A stretch of DNA of 64,000 bases, taken from IMG/VR virus record IMGVR_UViG_3300049049_000146, positions 227,216 to 291,215 of that record; one strand, given 5' to 3'. Origin of the DNA: a virus (lineage: Duplodnaviria; Heunggongvirae; Uroviricota; Caudoviricetes). The notes under the pieces were generated by a model that saw nothing but the letters and a program-made list of their open reading frames with translations, had not been told where the DNA came from and did no database searches. A program made the translations under genes and the position numbers. Shown piece after piece: positions 17,751 to 23,895 of this stretch (the first letter of the stretch is position 1; the number at the start of each line of letters is the position of its first letter).

Positions 17751-17778
17751 GCCCTGACATAACCAGGGCATGGCCTCA
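17741..17778 (-). promoter_or_regulatory. Hairpin sequestering the endolysin translation start
   Basis: TGAG-GCCATGCCCTG-GTTATGT-CAGGGCATGGC-A-CTCA: perfect 11-bp stem plus 4 bp past a bulge, containing GAGG and both ATGs. Confidence 0.75.
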
Positions 17779-17783
17779 ATTTC

Positions 17784-18383
17784 TCAGTAGGTGCCCAGAC
17801 CGAACATGTGAAGGACTTCGTCGGTCCTCGCGTCAAGGCGGCTCTCACGAACAACACGAAGCACAGGGGCACTCGTACCAAACGCAGAAGCCGCAGCAGT
17901 GCTCGCCGAAGAACCCCAACGACGGTTGACCAGCGCCTCAAGCACAAGCTCGTGCAGAAGATGGTAAGAACGATCGTGAAGGCGAGCAGCGTCGTCTCCC
18001 GTGTTCTGGAACGACCGCATCGGGCAATAGAAGACATGCGTGTAAACGCTGTTGCCCTTCTCGATCAAATCAATGTACGCCTGGTCGACGGTCGAATGGC
18101 TGTGGATCAGCGTGTACGCCATATTGTCGTAGTGCGTACGGTCCGTCACGAAGCTACGGTGCTCCGATTCCCATGCAATCTTACTGGTCACAAGGCGCGT
18201 CTGGAATTCAGCGCGCTTGCCTGCCTGATCAACGTCGTATGGGGAATTGAATCCCATCTGCTTCGCGACTTCGCGCGAGCCAACGTTGCACATCGGAATC
18301 TTCAGTACGTCAGAGACAATCTTGGCAAGCGTGCTCTTGCCAGTACCCGAAGCTCCGCAGAATGCAACACGATATTCCGTCAT
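17784..18383 (-). CDS. P-loop nucleoside/nucleotide kinase-like ATPase (AAA_28 / NadR-Ttd14 type)
   Basis: GASGTGKS Walker A, FVTDRT motif; ATG at 18383 with AAGGA SD. Confidence 0.75.
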   Translation of the reverse strand: MTEYRVAFCGASGTGKSTLAKIVSDVLKIPMCNVGSREVAKQMGFNSPYDVDQAGKRAEFQTRLVTSKIAWESEHRSFVTDRTHYDNMAYTLIHSHSTVDQAYIDLIEKGNSVYTHVFYCPMRSFQNTGDDAARLHDRSYHLLHELVLEALVNRRWGSSASTAAASAFGTSAPVLRVVRESRLDARTDEVLHMFGLGTY

Positions 18384-18393
18384 CGTTCGTCCT

Positions 18394-20556
18394 TTAGTCG
18401 AGAGGCCAGGCTGCCTCAAGCTCGCCGTTCTTCAGCAGCGTGCGGGAGGCAGAAAGGTCCAGAATGTCCTTCTTGCCACCCTTTACAAGGACGAAGTTCC
18501 TCTGACCCAGAACGAACACACCCTCAGCCTCGAAGGTGCCCCTAAGCTTCGAACCGTCGGCCGCGTAGACGCCACCCTGAGCAGGTACGCGTACCGCACG
18601 GACGACCGTCGCGTCAGAATCCATCTCCCTGGTCGGGAATACCTTCATGCCCTTCACGAAGGTACGCGTGCCCTTCAGGCTCTCGTACTTCAGGAGCGTT
18701 CCCGTATTCTCGTCAGTCAGTAGGAGCAATGAATCGCCCGCCGAGAGGCCCGCGGCAGACGTCAGCTGAGTGGCTCCGCGCATGACGTTGTAAGACGTCT
18801 TGGACGGAGGGTGCTCCAACGTCACGATCTTACCAGTATCGTCTACCGCAACGAGAATCGTCGACCCGTCGCCAACGAGACCCACAATGTCCTTAGGCCC
18901 CTGGTGCTCGGAGAAATAGGAGGTCTGCAGCGACTCCGCGTTGTTGTTCACGTAAACGACAGTGACCGAAGAGCGCGCCCTAGTGACGAAGTCGAACTTA
19001 TTGCGGCGGTCGACCTCACCAGCGAGGCGCGACACCTTCGACCCTTGCGCAATCACCCACTTCTCGGTCTCTTCAATTTCGATCGAAGCAGGAGCCGCGT
19101 CCGCGAACTGCATCTTTCTCTCGTCAGAGAAGGCGACGATCTCCTTGAGATGCTTCAGAATCACACCGTCGACATCCTGAAGATCTGCCTCGATCTGCTG
19201 AATCTCAGCTTCGATGCTTTCGATCTCGGAGCGCTGCCCTTGTTCATTCCTGCGGGCCAGTTGCTGGACCTTCATCTCAAGAATGACGTTGGCCTGCGTT
19301 TCGGAGATGCCGAGCTTCTCCGCAAGAGCCGCCCGCATTTGGTCAGTCGATTCGTACTTCCGACTGTTCTTCAACACGTCAGTGACGGCATCGAGATTCA
19401 GGATCGCAGCAAGAATTGCCTTGGCCTTGAGCAAGCGAGCCTTGGCGAGAGTCATTTCGCGCTTGAGGCGCTTGCGCTCGACATCGCGACGAAAGTCTAG
19501 GAATTCCTGGAACAGCTTGAACAGTCCGCCACTGAATAGCGTTTCACTGCTAAGCGACGAATCGTCGGCGCGACGCACTACGTAGAAACTGTACGCCTGC
19601 GACGTGTTCAGTTCAGGAAGAATCCTGTCACGGAAAACCACACCGTCGCGGAAGGCAACGAGGACACGAATCTGATTTCCGGCGCTGGTGTCGCTGCAGT
19701 AGTCGATCAATCCGTTGTCGGACAGATCCTTCATCTTCTCAAGAAAACGCTCTAGAGAAAATCCGGGTGCGAGACTCTTCAACACGAGCAGCTGTCTGCC
19801 TGCGTCGTCCGTTTCCAACGCGTAGTCACAGCGGTATTTGAGAGTACCCTGCCCCGTCTCGTAGAGGGCGTGGATCTCCTCCGGCGTCGAGGTGATGAGC
19901 CCCTGCGCGTAGTCCGGACCGAGCAGGTGCTTCATCGCACCACGAACGGTCGGGCTCTCCTTACGCATGTAGTAAGCGAGAGCGCGAATAAGCTCACGCA
20001 GGTTGTGCGGAGGTATAGACGCTCGGAGCCCTACACCAATACCCTCGGAGCCGTTCAAAAGCAGCAGAGGAATTCGAGACGGAAGAACGAGCGGCTCATC
20101 ACGATCACCGCTGTAGTTCTTGACCATCTGCGCAACGTCAATGTCCTTGAAGACATGTTGCGCAAACGGAGTGAGACGCGCCTCAGTATACCTGTCCGCA
20201 GCGGCGTTATCGGTCGGGCCCCCGTAGTTACCGTACCCCTCAACGAGGGGATAACGGGCCCAGACCATGTTCACCATCGTCTGGTAGATCGCGGTGTTCC
20301 CGTGCGGATGGTAGTTGCCCATCGCATCACCGACGATCTTCGCACTCTTCTTGAAGCCGTTTCCGAACTGCTTGTACAGTTCGTACATGGCCCAAAGAAT
20401 TCTACGCTGTACAGGCTTGAGGCCGTCTCGTGCGTCTGCGACTGCGCGATCCATAAGAACGTACGTGCCGTACGTGCTCATGGCGTCCTTCGAATAATCT
20501 GCGAGCGAGATAGGGGTAATCTCGCCGGTCTCCTGGGACCGCTTCGCCTTCGCCAT
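18394..20556 (-). CDS. gyrA: Type IIA topoisomerase subunit A (GyrA/ParC family), 720 aa
   Basis: RDGLKPVQRRIL, KKSAKIVG, YHPHG, catalytic RYTEARL, NGSEGIGVG, PPHNL. Confidence 0.95.
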   Translation of the reverse strand: MAKAKRSQETGEITPISLADYSKDAMSTYGTYVLMDRAVADARDGLKPVQRRILWAMYELYKQFGNGFKKSAKIVGDAMGNYHPHGNTAIYQTMVNMVWARYPLVEGYGNYGGPTDNAAADRYTEARLTPFAQHVFKDIDVAQMVKNYSGDRDEPLVLPSRIPLLLLNGSEGIGVGLRASIPPHNLRELIRALAYYMRKESPTVRGAMKHLLGPDYAQGLITSTPEEIHALYETGQGTLKYRCDYALETDDAGRQLLVLKSLAPGFSLERFLEKMKDLSDNGLIDYCSDTSAGNQIRVLVAFRDGVVFRDRILPELNTSQAYSFYVVRRADDSSLSSETLFSGGLFKLFQEFLDFRRDVERKRLKREMTLAKARLLKAKAILAAILNLDAVTDVLKNSRKYESTDQMRAALAEKLGISETQANVILEMKVQQLARRNEQGQRSEIESIEAEIQQIEADLQDVDGVILKHLKEIVAFSDERKMQFADAAPASIEIEETEKWVIAQGSKVSRLAGEVDRRNKFDFVTRARSSVTVVYVNNNAESLQTSYFSEHQGPKDIVGLVGDGSTILVAVDDTGKIVTLEHPPSKTSYNVMRGATQLTSAAGLSAGDSLLLLTDENTGTLLKYESLKGTRTFVKGMKVFPTREMDSDATVVRAVRVPAQGGVYAADGSKLRGTFEAEGVFVLGQRNFVLVKGGKKDILDLSASRTLLKNGELEAAWPLD

Positions 20557-20577
20557 CTAAACCTCGAATGAAAGTAG

Positions 20578-20651
20578 CAGGAGCGGAAGGACTCGAACCT
20601 TCGACCCGCAGATTAGAAATCTGCCGCTCTATCCAGCTGAGCTACGCCCCC
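20578..20651 (-). tRNA. trnR: tRNA-Arg(UCU), CCA not encoded
   Basis: Cloverleaf GGGGGCG/CGCTCCT acceptor, GCTC/GAGC D-arm, GCAGA-TTTCTAA-TCTGC anticodon arm, GAAGG-TTCGAGT-CCTTC T-arm. Confidence 0.92.
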
Positions 20652-20671
20652 GTGCACGCCATCCGAAGCGA

Positions 20672-20744
20672 AGCTGATGAAGGGACTTGAACCCATAACC
20701 GCCGGTTTACAAAACCGATGCTCTACCAATTGAGCTACATCAGC
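20672..20744 (-). tRNA. trnT: tRNA-Thr(UGU), CCA not encoded
   Basis: GCTGATG/CATCAGC acceptor, TCGGT-TTTGTAA-ACCGG anticodon arm, ATGGG-TTCAAGT-CCCTT T-arm (one mismatch). Confidence 0.92.
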
Positions 20745-21072
20745 GCATCGGCGCGAAGAGACTCCAGTCGAAATCCTCAGGAAGACACTGGGCTTCGAGC
20801 CAATACTCGTGCATAGCATCAATTAGAGAATTGGTCAAGTTGGTCCAACCGACATGACCAGCCACAGCGATCCTACCGCACTTCGGACAGACCGCGCTCT
20901 TGTCCTCCCACGCGACGATGTCGAAAGGCGTAAACCTTTCGCGGCACGCAAGACAAACACAACGAGGACTTCCAAGAATCGCAGTAGCGTTATGCCTGGT
21001 GAACTCTTTGAAGGCGTTCTGCATCGCCTGCTTCATCAGGACATACTCATCGATCTCAAGCAGCGTCGTCAT
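20740..21072 (-). CDS. Small Cys-rich zinc-ribbon protein, 110 aa
   Basis: H...CVCLAC...AVCPKCG; GAGGAGG SD. Confidence 0.75.
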   Translation of the reverse strand: MTTLLEIDEYVLMKQAMQNAFKEFTRHNATAILGSPRCVCLACRERFTPFDIVAWEDKSAVCPKCGRIAVAGHVGWTNLTNSLIDAMHEYWLEAQCLPEDFDWSLFAPMR

Positions 21073-21082
21073 GGCACCCTCC

Positions 21083-21457
21083 TCAACTCTTAGTATCGGT
21101 GGAGTTTGCCCTTACTACTTCGATAGAGAGGTTCGTCATCACCCACGAGCGCTGCACGACGCTGAAGAACTGCTCGGGACCAACATCTTCGAGCGTACGC
21201 TGAAGCGAGCGCGGGAGGCCGAACAAAAGCTCCCGCGTAAACTCGTCCTGAGCGATCGTAGTGGGACTGGCGACGAACGCGAAACCCATCCGGCGCCCCT
21301 CCACGTAAACGTACATGAGGGGCACGGACGGCACGTCGTAGCGAATGTCAGAGCAAAAACGGACCAACCCGACGGTGGTGGTCTTACTCGGAGTAAAGTT
21401 CTCGAAGGAGGTTGCGGTCATGATCTGAGATCCAAAGGCGACTAATTCTGTCTTCAT
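21083..21457 (-). CDS. Hypothetical protein (start uncertain)
   Basis: Fills the gap between matrixin and Zn-ribbon genes; candidate starts (21514, 21457, 21421) all overlap the matrixin 3' end. Confidence 0.45.
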   Translation of the reverse strand: MKTELVAFGSQIMTATSFENFTPSKTTTVGLVRFCSDIRYDVPSVPLMYVYVEGRRMGFAFVASPTTIAQDEFTRELLFGLPRSLQRTLEDVGPEQFFSVVQRSWVMTNLSIEVVRANSTDTKS

Positions 21458-21998
21458 CAGGTACGACAGTTGGGAACATCGCCGATCCTTCCCAATCATC
21501 GTGTGCCAGTCCAAGGCAGTGACCCATCTCGTGAGTCAACACCTTGTCGAGCATTTCAACGGTCCCTGTGTTCCACGTACGGGCTTCGCACGAGAGCACA
21601 CCACCGTGACGGAAATGAAGAGCATCCCCATTCGCGTCACCCATGCGGGTACCGACCTCAGCAGCAACACCCACACGAACGACGATGTCCGCGTGGTCAT
21701 CTGCCATCTCTAGAGCAGTGAAACCAAGGCGACTGTTTACAAGATCGACAACGGAACGTGTCTGACGCTCCGCGTCTTCTCCATTTTCAGAGATAGCGCG
21801 AACCTGAAGGGGAAACTGACTACGGTCCCACTTCACTTCCTCGCACTGCCCTTCGTAGTCGTACTCTCCGCTGCCATTGACGCAGCCGGAAAGTAGACCC
21901 GCCTCTGTATGAGTCATCACGCCGTACACAATGCCAATGATGGCACCGACAGTGATTAGTCCGGCGATTACATACGTTACTACGTCACGCGTCTTCAT
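21384..21998 (-). CDS. Membrane-anchored matrixin (M10 metzincin) metalloprotease, 204 aa
   Basis: HEMGHCLGLAH zinc motif, SAMFP Met-turn, N-terminal TM anchor. Confidence 0.88.
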   Translation of the reverse strand: MKTRDVVTYVIAGLITVGAIIGIVYGVMTHTEAGLLSGCVNGSGEYDYEGQCEEVKWDRSQFPLQVRAISENGEDAERQTRSVVDLVNSRLGFTALEMADDHADIVVRVGVAAEVGTRMGDANGDALHFRHGGVLSCEARTWNTGTVEMLDKVLTHEMGHCLGLAHDDWEGSAMFPTVVPDEDRISRLWISDHDRNLLRELYSE

Positions 21999-22004
21999 TG
22001 AGCC

Positions 22005-23873
22005 TCAGGACAGGCCCAACAAGATCTTCCTCTCAGAGGAATCGGAGCCCATCAACGACAAAATAACCTCCTTGTCGTTGTCTCCGAATTTTACCTGCCA
22101 GAGCTTGCGAGTCTCCGGCCGCATGGCGTAGAAGGCCAGGTCGTTGGCATTAGCCTCGCCGTGCCCCTTCAAGCGGGAAATCTGAAGCTTGGGGGACGTC
22201 ATACCGGAGATGCGCTCCAATTCTTCACGAGAATGGGCGTACCACCTCTGGTCCTTATACACACCGCGGTACAGAGGGCTGTTTACGACGTACACGTACC
22301 CCTGCTTCACGAAATCGCGAAGCCAAAGAGCAAAGAACGTAAGAATCAGGCTCGCAATGTGGCTACCGTCGGGGTCAGCATCCATCAACAGCAAGACCTT
22401 ACCTACGCGGAGATTCGTCAGGTCGACCTGGCGTTTTCCAGTCACCTGAGCGCCAATGGCGATCAGGACGGACGAAAGCTCGGCGTTCGCAAGTACCTGA
22501 CTATCAGCCACACGAGCGGAATTTGCGATCTTCCCGCGAAGCGGGAGAATCTCCTGGTACTCAGGATTTCGCGCGGCCTTTGCGGATCCCCCTGCCGAAT
22601 CACCCTCGACGATAAAAAGCTCACGGTCCTCAGGCTTGCAGTTGATGGCGGCTGCGAGCTTATCAGGGAGCAGTCCGCGAGAATCCTTCTTCACCACGGT
22701 CTTCCCGATGGAAGTCCGGAGCTTCTTGTACTCCTCGCGAGCCTTCTTCAACTGGAGCGCCCTGGAAACGATTCCGTCGGCGACCTTCTTGTTCGTGTCG
22801 AAGAAGGACTTCAGGTGCGGGTACAGTGCGTTGTACACGTCATCGCGAGCTTCATTGTTCAAGAGCTTGTCCTTCGTCTGGCTCTTGAACTGAGGCTCCG
22901 CGACAAGAACCTGGACCGCAGCGAAGAGTCCGTCGGTCAAATCGCGAACGTCGAGGTCCTTCTTTGCAAAAGGCTTCAAAACGTCAGAGATGGCCTTCAC
23001 TGCGCCATCGACGTGCTTCCCTCCTTCAGGAGTCGCGCTTGCGTTGCAGAAAGACCACCAGTGCTCTCCTGCGCTCTCATCCTCGTCGCCATCCGCCCAC
23101 GCCAGGGCTGCAGTGACCTTACGGTCCGGAGTCGAGAAGGAGATAGGAGGGTGAAGCAGTTTTGCCTTTACCTGCGCTGCCCGAGTCTGGACTAGGTGCC
23201 CCAGACCCTCACTGCTGAAATTCTCAGTCGTGCCGTCGATCGTCAGCGTGATTTTCAGCCCGGGGCAAAGGTGACTCGTTTCCTCCAGCCATTTCCGGAC
23301 AGCCTCCACATTGATGCGATGCTTGCCGAAAATCTTCTCGTCGGGATGAAAGCTGACCTCAGTGCCGTGCTTGCCCCGTACATTTGCTTCCTTCTGAAGC
23401 TGCGGCTCCTTGGTCTGAGGAATGCCACGTACGAATGACTGGGCGTAGCAGTATCCCTTACGCCAGACGCGTACGGAAAGAGAATCGCTGAGGGCGTTCG
23501 TCGCCTTCACGCCGACTCCGTGCAGGCCCGCGCTGACTGCGTACGTCTGCTTGTCGAACTTTCCTCCCGCCTGAAGAACCGTGAACACAGTCGTCAGTGC
23601 GGAAATGCCAGTCTTGTCATGCTTCTCAACAGGAATGCCACGACCGTTGTCCGCAACGCGGAAAGTGTGAGCGTTCGTGTCGATCTCTACTTCAACATCA
23701 GTCGCGTGGCCTTCCAACCACTCATCAATGGAGTTATCGACCACCTCCTTGAGGATGTGGCGTACACCATTTTCATCCTGGGACCCGATGTACATCCCAG
23801 GGCGCTTCCGAACGTGCTCCAGGTCATCAAGAGCCTGGATGCTGCTTGCGTCATAACGCTTAGCCATCGTCAC
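22005..23873 (-). CDS. gyrB: Type IIA topoisomerase subunit B (GyrB/ParE family), 622 aa
   Basis: EHVRKRPGMYIG, EVVDNSIDE, DNGRGIP, GLHGVG, VEGDSAGG, PLRGK, DADPDG TOPRIM motifs. Confidence 0.95.
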   Translation of the reverse strand: MTMAKRYDASSIQALDDLEHVRKRPGMYIGSQDENGVRHILKEVVDNSIDEWLEGHATDVEVEIDTNAHTFRVADNGRGIPVEKHDKTGISALTTVFTVLQAGGKFDKQTYAVSAGLHGVGVKATNALSDSLSVRVWRKGYCYAQSFVRGIPQTKEPQLQKEANVRGKHGTEVSFHPDEKIFGKHRINVEAVRKWLEETSHLCPGLKITLTIDGTTENFSSEGLGHLVQTRAAQVKAKLLHPPISFSTPDRKVTAALAWADGDEDESAGEHWWSFCNASATPEGGKHVDGAVKAISDVLKPFAKKDLDVRDLTDGLFAAVQVLVAEPQFKSQTKDKLLNNEARDDVYNALYPHLKSFFDTNKKVADGIVSRALQLKKAREEYKKLRTSIGKTVVKKDSRGLLPDKLAAAINCKPEDRELFIVEGDSAGGSAKAARNPEYQEILPLRGKIANSARVADSQVLANAELSSVLIAIGAQVTGKRQVDLTNLRVGKVLLLMDADPDGSHIASLILTFFALWLRDFVKQGYVYVVNSPLYRGVYKDQRWYAHSREELERISGMTSPKLQISRLKGHGEANANDLAFYAMRPETRKLWQVKFGDNDKEVILSLMGSDSSERKILLGLS

Positions 23874-23895
23874 CTTAATATCGTCGGAGTTTGAC

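Noticed and set aside
20578-20651. Possible amber suppressor tRNA (CUA) because the loop contains CTA
   Set aside because: The GCAGA/TCTGC stem fixes a 7-nt loop TT-TCT-AA, so the anticodon is UCU (Arg).
20613-20822. 69-aa minus-strand ORF
   Set aside because: Runs through both tRNA genes; spurious.
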